64,000 nt of DNA from Escherichia phage phi456: sequence record OR339795. One strand, 5' to 3'. The notes under the pieces were generated by a model. The model worked only from the letters and a program-made list of their open reading frames with translations, searched no databases and had not been told where the DNA came from. This document shows positions 32,573-42,806 of the stretch, in pieces. The stretch's first letter is position 1; each line of letters begins with the position of its first letter. A program made the translations under genes and the position numbers.

Positions 32573-33154
32573 TTACTGGAACGCCCGAACAATATCGGAG
32601 CTGTTATATATCGAAGAACCGGTCAACTGGAGGTTGACGGTGTTTTTCAGGAAATGCCCATTGCTGTCCCTGGGCGCATCGAGATCGAAACTTATGTCCT
32701 GGATAGCGACATCAATGATGTTGATCCGGCGACCAATGTTTAGCGTCACACGCTCCGGGATTCGACCACCAATACTGGCATCTTTAAGTTCCGGGCTAAT
32801 CATCGCTGACAATGCGGCGATAGCGCCTGAAACTTCAATGAATGGATTGTTCAAAGCAATGAAAGTTACAGGCAGCGTGAACGTCGGCGGAGTCCCCCCT
32901 TCCCAAACCATTAAGCTATTCCAACGGGCAACCGACGTTGTTTCAGTACCTACTTGCACAAAACCACCCAGAGCACCAGAAACAGATCCCATGGACATAC
33001 CGGTAAACGGCGCTTCCCAATTCTGGGCCATGTTCATTGCCGCTCCCTGGCTGATATATCCGGTAACCTGGTACTGAGAGTTCGTTAAAGTAACTTTCAG
33101 ATATGGCGATACACCGTCAGCCTGGCTGTAAACCCCATAAGCTATAGGAGCCAT
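32573..33154 (-). CDS. hypothetical structural protein
   Basis: 193-aa ORF. Confidence 0.3.
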   Translation of the reverse strand: MAPIAYGVYSQADGVSPYLKVTLTNSQYQVTGYISQGAAMNMAQNWEAPFTGMSMGSVSGALGGFVQVGTETTSVARWNSLMVWEGGTPPTFTLPVTFIALNNPFIEVSGAIAALSAMISPELKDASIGGRIPERVTLNIGRRINIIDVAIQDISFDLDAPRDSNGHFLKNTVNLQLTGSSIYNSSDIVRAFQ

Positions 33155-33189
33155 TCAAGTTAAAGGCCGGAGTTCTCCGGCCTCCTCCT

Positions 33190-34005
33190 TTAGCCAAGGC
33201 GCTTACGGCGCAGTTTCATTGACTTTTTGCGGGCAAGTTTTGCCGCGCCGGTCTGGGCTTTTCGACGCGCTTTTTTCAGCGCCGATTTTTGAGCCGCAGT
33301 CAGACGTTTTTTACGCAGGCGTTTACGGATGAGTTTGATCTCACCGTTACGAACAACCTTCTTAAATGCTTCAGTCAGCATTTCATCAGAAGTGCCAGCA
33401 ACAACAAACGCCGCTTCCAGTTCGTCGCGGTCGTCGCTATCTAAACCAGCGATAGAGGCACCAACATCAGCAGCTGCGTCGTCGTCTTCATCGTCAGCCA
33501 GTGCTTCGATCAGGTCATCATCTACACCGCATGCTGCGAGGAAGTCAGCAACATTTGCCCATGCTTCGTTATAGGCATCGTCCTGTTCTTCTGTAACTTC
33601 GGAGTCGTCGTCATCAGAGATACCAGCGATAGCCTGAACGAAACCATCAAGGGAGTCGAAAGTCAGATCACCGCTATCAGCCCAGGCGAAAACGGCGTCG
33701 GCCGCATCACTCAACGCATTCTGCATAGCACTTCGATTTGCAGCTTCCAGAATCATCTGGTGCGCCTGTTCGACGGTCCATTCTTTACCGTCTTTCTCTT
33801 CCAGGATTTGCTCAGGAGCCGTGGCAGATGGAGCGTTATCGTTAGTCTGTGCCGCCGGTTCCGGATTATTATTAATAACCGGATCTGTTGTCGGTTCGGC
33901 GCTTGCTCGGGCAGACTCCATCAACTGCACAGGATCAGAGTTCAAAGCGAAACGAGACAGTCCATTCCCCAAAAATGCCCCGGATTGAAAAAAGTTTTTG
34001 CTCAT
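33190..34005 (-). CDS. acidic protein with strongly basic C-terminal tail (scaffold/DNA-binding candidate)
   Basis: 271 aa; D/E-rich body then KKVVRNGEIKLIRKRLRKKRLTAAQKSALKKARRK... Confidence 0.3.
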   Translation of the reverse strand: MSKNFFQSGAFLGNGLSRFALNSDPVQLMESARASAEPTTDPVINNNPEPAAQTNDNAPSATAPEQILEEKDGKEWTVEQAHQMILEAANRSAMQNALSDAADAVFAWADSGDLTFDSLDGFVQAIAGISDDDDSEVTEEQDDAYNEAWANVADFLAACGVDDDLIEALADDEDDDAAADVGASIAGLDSDDRDELEAAFVVAGTSDEMLTEAFKKVVRNGEIKLIRKRLRKKRLTAAQKSALKKARRKAQTGAAKLARKKSMKLRRKRLG

Positions 34006-34014
34006 TGTATTTCC

Positions 34015-35604
34015 TTACTTAATAAGCAGCGGTACGCCCTGGATACGACGGGCTACGCCAGTCGGGCAGCAGGCCCAGACTACTTCCCATTTATCGAATT
34101 CCGCCTGCGTAACTTTCAGCACATACGGTTCTGTACCGTCAGCATCAGGATCACGAGGAGCCACCAGAGCGCCGGAGGCGACAAAGCGATCCAAAAGTTT
34201 GGTCATCCCTTTAGTCAGGCCAGACTCAGTAATACCGTCCGGGTTATGCTTCATCTGTCGGGCTAACTGGACAATGAAACGGCTGATTGCGTTCATCAGG
34301 GATGGGACGTGCTGGAAATGCAGATAGTTGTCCTGCGTGCAGCAAGTTAAAGCATCATCGATGATCATCTGGCCCGAAGTACCTACAGATACTTTATTGA
34401 GTCGGCCCTTGACCATAGCTTCTTCGTCCGGGGTGTCTTCAGGATACAGCGGCTGAAGTGATGCACGAGCAATGACGGCACGTTCTTCACCAGCCGGTGA
34501 GTAATGCCAACCGCCGACATCGGAGTTTTTCTTGACGCCACGAGCTTTCGCCGCATACGCCGCGCCAGACAGACCGAAGACCACGCGGGATTGGGTCCAT
34601 TTGTCTTTGCAGGAGAACGGGAAATGATAGACAGCACAGCTTACATAATCGGTACCAAGTAAACCGGTATCTTCAACAGCAGAGATCGCTTCCGTGTACG
34701 TCAATGTCGGTTTGACATCAAAGAAGCCATCAATCAAGCGATCAGAACAGATATTACCTAACGCAGTGATCGCCGCATTGTCATAGCAACCCAGGCCGAG
34801 AACAGCGGTGTACATGTACGGCGCATTGTTCAGCACTTTCACCGCACGCAGGTAAGCAGCAGTGGAAATGTTCGACTGATCGCCGTTGGTACCGCCAGTG
34901 AACGCCAGCGATTTTTTATTTGTTACTTTCGCCGTCGAAATCAGCTCTTCATTAACAACCGCGCGCAGATATTTAGAACGGGCTTCCAGAGCCGTAGGCA
35001 GATAACACAAGCGGCCCATGTCATCTTTCGCTTCTTCCGCCAAAGACACAGTGTGTGTCTCCAGGGTCGTTACCACACCGAGCGAAGTCGTCTGGGTCAG
35101 TTTTAAGAGGAAGCGTTCATTACCCGCGCTGTCCGCTGTTGCCGTTTCGATGGTTAACTCACGGGTAGGAGAAATACACGGATCACCATCATCAACGTAG
35201 ATAGCAAAGGCTTCGCCGCTATCAAGTTCAATTTCAGAACCGTATGGCAACGCACTGTAAGCCGGTTCGCCTGATTCATCGAACATAATAATCGGGAACT
35301 TCGCATCATCCGGAACAGCACGGACAACATAACCAGACGTTTGCTGAATAGCTTCGTACACATGGCGAATTGGTTCGAACTGTGAGCCGGAGGACGGCTT
35401 CAGCGGTTCGCCGAGAACATCTTCGTAATTGGACTCAGTAACCGCAAGAACAGTAAACGGCTTGCCACGCGCAAATACGCCAATACCAGCCCACAAGCTG
35501 CTATTTAATACAACACCGGTAGATAACGTCGCATCGGCATTGATCGGGCTAACAGCGACACCTGATGCATTACCTAATGACTGTTGAATTGAATATTGAG
35601 ACAT
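34015..35604 (-). CDS. tail sheath protein (P1 gp22-like)
   Basis: 529-aa ORF between the capsid-like gene and smaller tail genes; size and position fit a contractile sheath. Confidence 0.45.
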   Translation of the reverse strand: MSQYSIQQSLGNASGVAVSPINADATLSTGVVLNSSLWAGIGVFARGKPFTVLAVTESNYEDVLGEPLKPSSGSQFEPIRHVYEAIQQTSGYVVRAVPDDAKFPIIMFDESGEPAYSALPYGSEIELDSGEAFAIYVDDGDPCISPTRELTIETATADSAGNERFLLKLTQTTSLGVVTTLETHTVSLAEEAKDDMGRLCYLPTALEARSKYLRAVVNEELISTAKVTNKKSLAFTGGTNGDQSNISTAAYLRAVKVLNNAPYMYTAVLGLGCYDNAAITALGNICSDRLIDGFFDVKPTLTYTEAISAVEDTGLLGTDYVSCAVYHFPFSCKDKWTQSRVVFGLSGAAYAAKARGVKKNSDVGGWHYSPAGEERAVIARASLQPLYPEDTPDEEAMVKGRLNKVSVGTSGQMIIDDALTCCTQDNYLHFQHVPSLMNAISRFIVQLARQMKHNPDGITESGLTKGMTKLLDRFVASGALVAPRDPDADGTEPYVLKVTQAEFDKWEVVWACCPTGVARRIQGVPLLIK

Positions 35605-35618
35605 AACTTTCCCTGTTA

Positions 35619-35640
35619 TGCGCCCCGCACGGGGCGCTAT
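35619..35640 (-). terminator. hairpin between capsid-like and sheath-like genes
   Basis: GCGCCCCGCACGGGGCGC perfect stem. Confidence 0.4.
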
Positions 35641-35663
35641 GTTAAACGGAGAACTTCCCCTGA

Positions 35664-37391
35664 TTACTCAGAGTCACCGGCATCAATCGTGTCGCCGCTT
35701 ATAAAGTTAAGCCCGCCTTTTTTGGCCATTGTCAGCGTTACACGAGTGAAGTAATCAGCGCCGTTGCGTGGGTGCATATCGTTGATAGCCGAACCCCACA
35801 GCGTGGTACGGTTGACCAGCGCCGGAGTGGTCGGATGCTGGAACGGGATGGCCGGGACAGCATCACCAGTCACGAAGCCTGCTTTACCCGGATTTTCATC
35901 ACGGACGTAGCACAGCACATCCATCGAGCTGAACTGAATGTTCTCTGTCGTTAAGTTCTTACAAATACCAGCAGGTACTTCGTACACTTTCACGTTACCG
36001 AACAGGGTACCGATGTAGTGAACATACGGAGTCTGGATATAGTCTTCGGCTGGCTGGAAGAAATCCTTCGGCAACTGTTTGAAGAAAGATGCTGCATCAG
36101 CACCAGCAAACATCCCCATCGCACCAGAAGATTTAACGCGCTCAATAATGTCGCGATATACAGTCTGGAATTTGCCACGAATGATGGTTGCCCATACATC
36201 AAAGGACTGGTTAACCGGCAGAGCGATGTCAAAGGTGACGGTCGCAAGAGTACGCCAGATCATGATGTGAAGACGCAGCATATCCTGTTCATGAGACAGG
36301 TATTCCTTCAGGGTGCGGAACTGTAGGGAACCCAGGTCCAGACCAAATTCACGCTGTGCTTCATACGCCGCCTGTACCGTGTGCTCAGCCGCGATAACGA
36401 ACTGACTTGGGAACAGGGTGTATTTCTTCATTTCGTGGTTGATCAGCGGGATCAGCTCAGGAGCGGCTTCAATATTGATTTCCGTCTCAATTGCGATCTC
36501 AGTGCCTTTATCCGGCGCTTTGGAGAACGACAGGGCAATCTGACCAATGTTGTAGTTCAGAGAGCAGGTAACAGTGATTTGCTCACCAGCAGCATTAGTA
36601 AACGAGTGAAGTAGGCTGCCGGAACCGTTATCAACAACAGACTTAATACGGTTAACGTAGATGTTAGTGCGACCTTTTCGGATTGGTACATTCTGGCCTT
36701 CGAAGTCTTCCATCTTGAAGGTTGCGGTTTTGCTGGTGCCATCGGAGCTTGCCACCAGCACATAGCGGCGACGTAACTGGCTGTACACACCGACGGATTG
36801 CATGTCCAGAACATCACCAGCAGCATAAGAACCAAAAGATGAACCTGCCACGTTAAAGACTTCATAGATGTCGGACTGGTCACGCGTAACCGGAATGAAG
36901 GTACACGCATCAGCGGTAGCTGCCCCCAACTGAACAGGCAGGATCATCGCGAGGAATAAAGGCAGACGCATAACACCGTCAGAAACGCTCATCATCTCTG
37001 CTGCGACGGATTCCAGCATCGCTTTATTAGTGGCATCCATGCTATTGCGGGTGGACTCAATCAGGCAGTTTTCCAGCGTCTGGTGGCAGGAGGCCAGAAT
37101 TTCCGGACGCGGCATAGATTTATGTGCTGCGGCGTAGTCAGCCAGTGCACTTGCCCACGCTGTAGCGATTTGAGCGGTGGCATTATCAGAGATACCCGCA
37201 AAAACCGGGTCTTTACGTGCAGCTTCAAGGATAGATGCGGCACGCGCGGCATCATCTTTAATGAATTGGTTATCAGTACCGAACTGCGCAGTGCTTGCCC
37301 AGCCAAGCACAGCTTTAGAGCGTTTTGCGATATCTGCAATACGATTCTGGTATTCGCGTAAGTTACTCAATTTACTCTTCCTTAAACACAA
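35664..37391 (-). CDS. major capsid protein (P1 gp23-like)
   Basis: 575-aa ORF adjacent to parS, as gene 23 is in P1; assignment by synteny and size. Confidence 0.45.
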   Translation of the reverse strand: MCLRKSKLSNLREYQNRIADIAKRSKAVLGWASTAQFGTDNQFIKDDAARAASILEAARKDPVFAGISDNATAQIATAWASALADYAAAHKSMPRPEILASCHQTLENCLIESTRNSMDATNKAMLESVAAEMMSVSDGVMRLPLFLAMILPVQLGAATADACTFIPVTRDQSDIYEVFNVAGSSFGSYAAGDVLDMQSVGVYSQLRRRYVLVASSDGTSKTATFKMEDFEGQNVPIRKGRTNIYVNRIKSVVDNGSGSLLHSFTNAAGEQITVTCSLNYNIGQIALSFSKAPDKGTEIAIETEINIEAAPELIPLINHEMKKYTLFPSQFVIAAEHTVQAAYEAQREFGLDLGSLQFRTLKEYLSHEQDMLRLHIMIWRTLATVTFDIALPVNQSFDVWATIIRGKFQTVYRDIIERVKSSGAMGMFAGADAASFFKQLPKDFFQPAEDYIQTPYVHYIGTLFGNVKVYEVPAGICKNLTTENIQFSSMDVLCYVRDENPGKAGFVTGDAVPAIPFQHPTTPALVNRTTLWGSAINDMHPRNGADYFTRVTLTMAKKGGLNFISGDTIDAGDSE

Positions 37392-37504
37392 GGCACTTGT
37401 GTGAATCCCTTTTCGGAAGAGATTTTATTGAAAGTCACTTGTTGACTTTCTCGTGACAAGCAATTTTTTTATTTTTTTCGGGAGTAGGGGAGGAAGGTAA
37501 AATC

Positions 37505-37590
37505 CAAGGTGAAATCGTGGCGATTTCACCTTGAAATTTTAGATGGATTTACTTTAAAAACAGTAGTTTAATAGTGAAATTTGAATGGCG
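37505..37590 (-). promoter_or_regulatory. parS: parS partition site (ParB boxes flanking an IHF site)
   Basis: Reverse complement reads TCGCCATTCAAATTTCACTATTAAACTACTGTTTTTAAAGTAAATCCATCTAAAATTTCAAGGTGAAATCGCCACGATTTCAC: ATTTCAC heptamers (box A) and TCGCCA hexamers (box B), matching P1 parS as recalled. Confidence 0.75.
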
Positions 37591-37595
37591 AAAGT

Positions 37596-38597
37596 TTAAG
37601 GCTTCGGCTTTTTATCGAGGCTCTTTCTAAGGATATGCCCAATCATCCTGTCGAGTTCTTCCTGTAGCTCTTTTGAAAGTCGATTAAACTCATAAGAAAA
37701 TGCACGGCCTTTCACGCGCTTCCTTGCAAAGCGATCCTTGTCCTCAAATTTCCATAATTCAGTAACTACGGACTTATCTTTAGAACCTTTATCCGTGAGT
37801 AGTGAAGCTTCCTTTGTTATCAAGCGCAGGATTTTATTTTTAACTTCATCTTCGGCCATTTCTTCAATGGATAAGATGTCGTTTATTTCCGGGGATATGT
37901 TTTGAATAAGCTGATCAAACTCTAAATTCTTGTTCCCCATTTCGTCGCCAACAGCACAAAGCGTTTTGTAGTCCGAAAAGGTTAATTCCGACTGCACAGG
38001 GAAAAGGGCGACTAATTCTTCCGGAGCACTCGCTGCCTGGAGAGCACGCGTGACCTTCGCCTGAGATAGCCCTTCTTTGGCTGCAATATCCTTCTGACTC
38101 ATCCCATCATTTTTCATTCGCATCAAACGCAGACCTATTTCTCGAATGCTGTGCTGCAATGCTGTCTGAACGTCTTTCGCTAAATTTTGCGCTTCCTGAA
38201 CGCTGATCTCCTGGTCCGTGACTAAAACCCGCAACCCTACGTTCTCTAAGATGGCAGAAGCTCGACGCCGGGAACCATCCAAAATTTCAATTTTCCCTGT
38301 AGCCCGTCTAACACCTATTGCAGGGTAAAATTGCTGATGCTTAATAGTGCTTCGGATACTTTTTAATGATTTTGGCGTAAGAGATGCCTGGTCACGCCCG
38401 TTGTTATGCTGATCAACAAAGGTATCGCTTTCTACCTGGTTCGGAGGTATTACCTCTTCAATAAATGTGGCCTGGCGACCAGTTGATAACTTGAATACCT
38501 GCTCGACTCGATCGCCAGAGGCTGAAGAACTATCAAATCCGCTTAATATTGAAGGATTAAGGGTTCGCCCAATTGTTGGTCTGTTTTTCTTTGACAT
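37596..38597 (-). CDS. parB: partition protein ParB
   Basis: 333 aa (P1 ParB size), downstream of parA and next to parS. Confidence 0.9.
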   Translation of the reverse strand: MSKKNRPTIGRTLNPSILSGFDSSSASGDRVEQVFKLSTGRQATFIEEVIPPNQVESDTFVDQHNNGRDQASLTPKSLKSIRSTIKHQQFYPAIGVRRATGKIEILDGSRRRASAILENVGLRVLVTDQEISVQEAQNLAKDVQTALQHSIREIGLRLMRMKNDGMSQKDIAAKEGLSQAKVTRALQAASAPEELVALFPVQSELTFSDYKTLCAVGDEMGNKNLEFDQLIQNISPEINDILSIEEMAEDEVKNKILRLITKEASLLTDKGSKDKSVVTELWKFEDKDRFARKRVKGRAFSYEFNRLSKELQEELDRMIGHILRKSLDKKPKP

Positions 38598-38613
38598 GGG
38601 GGTTTCTTACTCC

Positions 38614-39810
38614 TCAGTTAGATCTGATAAATTCAATACGGTCAAAAACTGCTTTAGCAAAATCTTCCGCAGCAATTCGCGCGTTCTTCAATGCATCAGC
38701 ACTACCAACATACGTTGCCGGGTTAGCTGAAATAACAGTGTCAAAAGACTCGCCGCAGCGTTCAAAACCGTCAAGGCGAGGGAGGACAACATCAAGCATA
38801 TCCCCACCGAACACTTCTTTAGCCAGGCTATGGCAATACTTATGGTCTGCCTTGTTACTCAACTTGGACATAAAACCAATGTTAGTTGCAAGCTGACACT
38901 CGCAGCCTTCATCCGAAATGAGTTTCACCAACTCAGGAAGGCGGGCAACGTATTTAAGCGATGAGTGGAAATCAACCGTTGCAGGCGGCAGAGGTGTAAA
39001 CAGTATATTGGCCGAGGCCAAAGCATTTTTCAGGAAGGCGTCAAGGTGAGGACCACTATCAACGAGGATAAAGTCATAATCGCTCTTCAGCTTATCAATC
39101 ACATTTTCTTTCAGGACTGCATGGATGTTCTGACCCGGTAGATGCTCATTGCACAGCTCTCTCCAATCGGATGCAATAAAGGCATCGTCAATCGACGCAG
39201 GCATAACGTCAACCCCAGGTACAACAGAAGGAACAATAAACTCCTCTAACAGCTCTTCACGGCTTACATTCTGCAACATAGCCTGTGCAGATGTTGCGTT
39301 TACGATACCAATAGAGTGTTTATGGCTTAAAAACATCGTTGCTGAAGATTGCGGATCAAGGTCAATAACCAGAATCCTTAAATCTTCCATCAGAAGATGA
39401 GGATGAGCACGCATTGCATGCGCCAGAGAAACCGTCGATACAGTTTTTGACACACCGCCTTTAAGATTGGAGATGAAAATCACATACGCTTCGCTGTAGC
39501 GATCCCGGTATTTTGGCACTCCGCGATGTTCATATATGTCAATGATGTTCTGAATTGACATCGCATATTTCATTGAAGAGCCAGCAGGGCGTTTATCGAA
39601 AACATAACCCTTTTCTTCCATTTCACTTACGGCATAGTCAACGTTCGCACGAGTCAGTAGAGGCAATTTTGCCAGTGCCGCTTTCGCATAGACCTGGTAA
39701 AACTCGTTCGCGTGTAGCTCATCCTTTTGCAACTGTACTTGTTCAGTCAGAACATTGAGCATTCTATTTGCTCTTTGAGCAACCTTGTGAAGCTGGCTGG
39801 AATCACTCAT
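38614..39810 (-). CDS. parA: partition ATPase ParA
   Basis: 398 aa; deviant Walker A NLKGGVSKTVST; long N-terminal DNA-binding extension as in P1 ParA. Confidence 0.9.
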   Translation of the reverse strand: MSDSSQLHKVAQRANRMLNVLTEQVQLQKDELHANEFYQVYAKAALAKLPLLTRANVDYAVSEMEEKGYVFDKRPAGSSMKYAMSIQNIIDIYEHRGVPKYRDRYSEAYVIFISNLKGGVSKTVSTVSLAHAMRAHPHLLMEDLRILVIDLDPQSSATMFLSHKHSIGIVNATSAQAMLQNVSREELLEEFIVPSVVPGVDVMPASIDDAFIASDWRELCNEHLPGQNIHAVLKENVIDKLKSDYDFILVDSGPHLDAFLKNALASANILFTPLPPATVDFHSSLKYVARLPELVKLISDEGCECQLATNIGFMSKLSNKADHKYCHSLAKEVFGGDMLDVVLPRLDGFERCGESFDTVISANPATYVGSADALKNARIAAEDFAKAVFDRIEFIRSN

Positions 39811-39956
39811 CGAAAGCCATCCTTTATGCTGTATTTTTGAATTTAATTAAAAATGCTGCATAAAATAATAATGTATGCGTAGATGCTTGTACATAGCATT
39901 CTCTGCATGTTTGGTTCATTTTGCACGATTGAGAGTTACAAGGAGGGCACAAAAAA

Positions 39957-39971
39957 GCCCCGTTCAGGGGC
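39957..39971 (-). terminator. rho-independent terminator after the T5orf172 gene
   Basis: Minus strand reads GCCCCTGAACGGGGC followed by TTTTTTGTG, immediately upstream of the parA promoter region. Confidence 0.6.
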
Positions 39972-39978
39972 ATCAGTG

Positions 39979-40788
39979 TTATTTGCTAAGAGCAGCGAAT
40001 AATCGTTCGAAATCGATAGTATCTATAGCACGCGTAAGCGCCGGAAGTTCAGCCTCAAAGTACCCGTGTCGATCGTAAAAGAAGGGACCGAAGAGCGAGG
40101 CATGTTGGATTCTACTTCGCCCCAGCCCGGACACACAGTTAAGCCCATTACCGGCTAAAAGGCTAAAAAACTTCTCTGGATTATCGTGGTAAAGCTGGGA
40201 ATCAATGGTGGCGGTTAACTCTTCCATAGGGAAGCACACCCGCCCTGTATCCCAGGGATATTTAGTCCGAAGCATAAACATTGCTTTCAGCAATTCACAT
40301 TGAGCGCGGATCGCGTCCGGTTCATAGCCAGATATGGAGACATAAGCCACGTCCCTCATTCCTGCGTCATCTTTGAAAGTCACGATAGAAGTAACATCCA
40401 GCTCTTTTTCGAAAGAGCAAGCAGCATCTACTGGACGCTGAAGTAAATCATTCGACTTAATGCGCTCGAGAATCCCTCCCCACATATCATTTAGATATTC
40501 GATATGAGCCAAAACCTTATCAAGACACTCTCGTGTAAACCATTCAGTATGCCCGCCACCGGCGCTTTTCTCCCACGGCGCATTCCAGGGGAAAAAGGTT
40601 GCGTGTAAAGCCCGCTCAAGATTAACCATTGCCAAACGCGTACCACGATAGACCCGTGAAAGCGCAAAATCGGGACTCACTTGTAGCCCTTTAAACCGTG
40701 CCAATGGACCACATGAAATGCCGATTTTAAAAGTATCTCCGTTCTCTGGCACCAGAACGTAGAGGTAGTGTTGTTTCTCTTCTTGCAT
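39979..40788 (-). CDS. T5orf172 (GIY-YIG-like) domain protein, cargo gene between parA and incA iterons
   Basis: 269 aa; N-terminus YLYVLVPENGDTFKIGIS...LERALHATF...GGHTEWF matches the T5orf172 signature; C-terminal 170 aa unassigned. Confidence 0.6.
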   Translation of the reverse strand: MQEEKQHYLYVLVPENGDTFKIGISCGPLARFKGLQVSPDFALSRVYRGTRLAMVNLERALHATFFPWNAPWEKSAGGGHTEWFTRECLDKVLAHIEYLNDMWGGILERIKSNDLLQRPVDAACSFEKELDVTSIVTFKDDAGMRDVAYVSISGYEPDAIRAQCELLKAMFMLRTKYPWDTGRVCFPMEELTATIDSQLYHDNPEKFFSLLAGNGLNCVSGLGRSRIQHASLFGPFFYDRHGYFEAELPALTRAIDTIDFERLFAALSK

Positions 40789-40819
40789 ATCAATACCACT
40801 GCTTGATGAGAACCGCGCA

Positions 40820-41080
40820 AATGTTGACTATGCGCGAAGGTTAATGTGAATAGTTGACTATGCGCGATGTGACTACAGTCAAAAGTTGACTGTAGTCGAT
40901 TTAACTCCACCAAAGATCGACTATGTAAGATATTGTCGGGAGAAACGTTGACTATACGCGATGAAATGCCCCTAAAAGCCATCTCAATAGCGACTTGCAG
41001 AATATTGACGCCAGCAAAAATCCACCAGCGTCAACGAATGTCGCCTATAGTCAACTTCTCGCTATCGCATATAGTCAATA
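40820..41080. repeat. incA-like iteron cluster downstream of repA
   Basis: At least 7 copies of a GTTGACTATGCGCGA-like element in both orientations (e.g. 40823, 40853, 40885, 40947, 41042, 41067). Confidence 0.65.
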
Positions 41081-42001
41081 TTATGGATTGCGCTTATGGA
41101 TCTGGAAGCCGATTTTCCTGCCGTTTTTTATCTCTGAAAATTTAAGATATTCAATAGCTTCCAAATCTTTCATGGCTTTTCTGATAACGCTATTTTGCAC
41201 GCTAACGGATGATTTGAGATTAAGCCTCGCTCTAAGGCGCTCAATGCTGACAGGTGCCGGGTTGGCGGGTAGAGCCTCAAAGAATGTATACAGTACCTTG
41301 GCCGTCTCTTTGCGCCCTAGTTTATCCAGCATCTTCAGCTTCAGGATTCGCTTATAGTCAACATAGTAAAGTTCAGATAGCTGTTTCTGCGGCTGGATCT
41401 CGATAACATCAAGCTCGGTATTCAGGCTGCTATATGCCAACAAGTTGACGTTAATGTTATTGAGATGACCTTTTGCCGCCGGGAAGCGGAATTTGACAAC
41501 TGTCTGCTGAATGCGTGTCAGAGAGTCATCAATACTTTTACGGAACGCCTTTGAAAGGCGCTTACGTGGATAGCCGCATCGATCGGCAAACTCGGAGAAT
41601 GGCAGGGTGATTATGCCGTCATCATCAGGTGCGTAGTCAAACAACGCGGAGGTTATGCCCACCCACACCTTAAAATCAGTATCCATATCCAGGCGTGGAC
41701 CATGAATTTCAATTCCCTCATAGCCTTCCTGCTCAACAATTTTGAGGCTTGATAGTTCTTCAGTTGCGTTCGTTGTGTTTGTTGTAACTGACGATCCGCG
41801 ACGTAGCGCCACATTGGTAGATTTTAAGGTTGGCACAAACACACCTAAGCGCAACAAAGCGATGGGTTGTATAGTGCTGTTGTTATTGGGCTTCAGGCTG
41901 TGGATTTCTCCTGTATTTCCTGCAACTTCTTCAACGCTAAGGAAGCCTTTACTTTCTTCCGGCATCACGGTTTCTCCATGTGTGGCGCGGCCTGACGTCA
42001 A
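41081..42001 (-). CDS. repA: iteron-binding replication initiator RepA
   Basis: 306 aa; QPIALLRLGVFVP...GPRLDMDTDFKVWVGI...RLRARLNLKSSV resembles the P1/RepFIB RepA family; flanked by iterons on both sides. Confidence 0.8.
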   Translation of the reverse strand: MTSGRATHGETVMPEESKGFLSVEEVAGNTGEIHSLKPNNNSTIQPIALLRLGVFVPTLKSTNVALRRGSSVTTNTTNATEELSSLKIVEQEGYEGIEIHGPRLDMDTDFKVWVGITSALFDYAPDDDGIITLPFSEFADRCGYPRKRLSKAFRKSIDDSLTRIQQTVVKFRFPAAKGHLNNINVNLLAYSSLNTELDVIEIQPQKQLSELYYVDYKRILKLKMLDKLGRKETAKVLYTFFEALPANPAPVSIERLRARLNLKSSVSVQNSVIRKAMKDLEAIEYLKFSEIKNGRKIGFQIHKRNP

Positions 42002-42044
42002 TTTGGATGGCTGTTATCAACAGCTGTGAATATTCAGACTCTAA

Positions 42045-42260
42045 AATCGCTTACAGTCAATGTTTCTGTCGCGTATAGTCAACAATAAATCGCGTGCAGT
42101 CAACAATAAATCGTGCACAGTCAACATAAAATCGCGTATAGTCAATGTTGATCCCATTTCAGGCCAGTAATGACGCGGCTTACAGCGATCCGGGATCTTC
42201 TTTGGATCTTCCTAGGTTCTCTTTAGGATCTGTTTATTGGATCTATGCTGTGGATAAGTT
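42045..42260. promoter_or_regulatory. plasmid origin (oriR-like): 5 direct iterons, GATC cluster, DnaA boxes
   Basis: Iterons CGCGTATAGTCAACA-like at about 21-bp spacing (42048-42147); five GATC between 42187 and 42243; perfect DnaA box TGTGGATAA at 42249-42257 and near-box TTATCAACA at about 42014. Confidence 0.65.
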
Positions 42261-42479
42261 GAATAAACCGGCCAACAAAGCCGGTTGGAAGGAAGTCATA
42301 TTATTCTACGCTTTCGATAAGAAGACCATGTTCATAACATTTAAGCTCATCGCCTTCATACAGGAATTGGTATCCAACACCACCATCTTCATGGACATTA
42401 GGGAATAACTCATAACTCACTGAAGTGAACCGCCCCGGGAATCCTGGAGACTAAACTTCCTGAGAAAGAGGTAAACAGG

Positions 42480-42806
42480 ATGACTAAAAATACTCGTTTT
42501 TCCCCCGAAGTCCGTCAACGGGCAGTTCGTATGGTTCTGGAAAGTCAGGGCGAATATGACTCACAATGGGCGGCAATTTGTTCCATTGCTCCAAAGATTG
42601 GCTGTACGCCAGAGACTCTGCGCGTCTGGGTTCGCCAGCATGAGCGGGATACCGGGGGCGGTGATGGTGGGCTCACCACCGCTGAACGTCAGCGTCTGAA
42701 AGAGCTGGAGCGTGAAAATCGTGAACTGCGCCGCAGTAACGATATCCTTCGCCAGGCTTCCGCTTATTTTGCGAAGGCGGAGTTCGACCGCCTCTGGAAA
42801 AAATGA
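42480..42806 (+). CDS. IS629 transposase OrfA
   Basis: 108 aa [21 protein letters not shown]... HTH and leucine zipper. Confidence 0.85.
   Translation: MTKNTRFSPEVRQRAVRMVLESQGEYDSQWAAICSIAPKIGCTPETLRVWVRQHERDTGGGDGGLTTAERQRLKELERENRELRRSNDILRQASAYFAKAEFDRLWKK

Noticed and set aside
42145-42408. 87-aa ORF in the origin region
   Set aside because: Overlaps the GATC cluster and DnaA box and the IS629 end; no RBS; more plausibly non-coding origin DNA.
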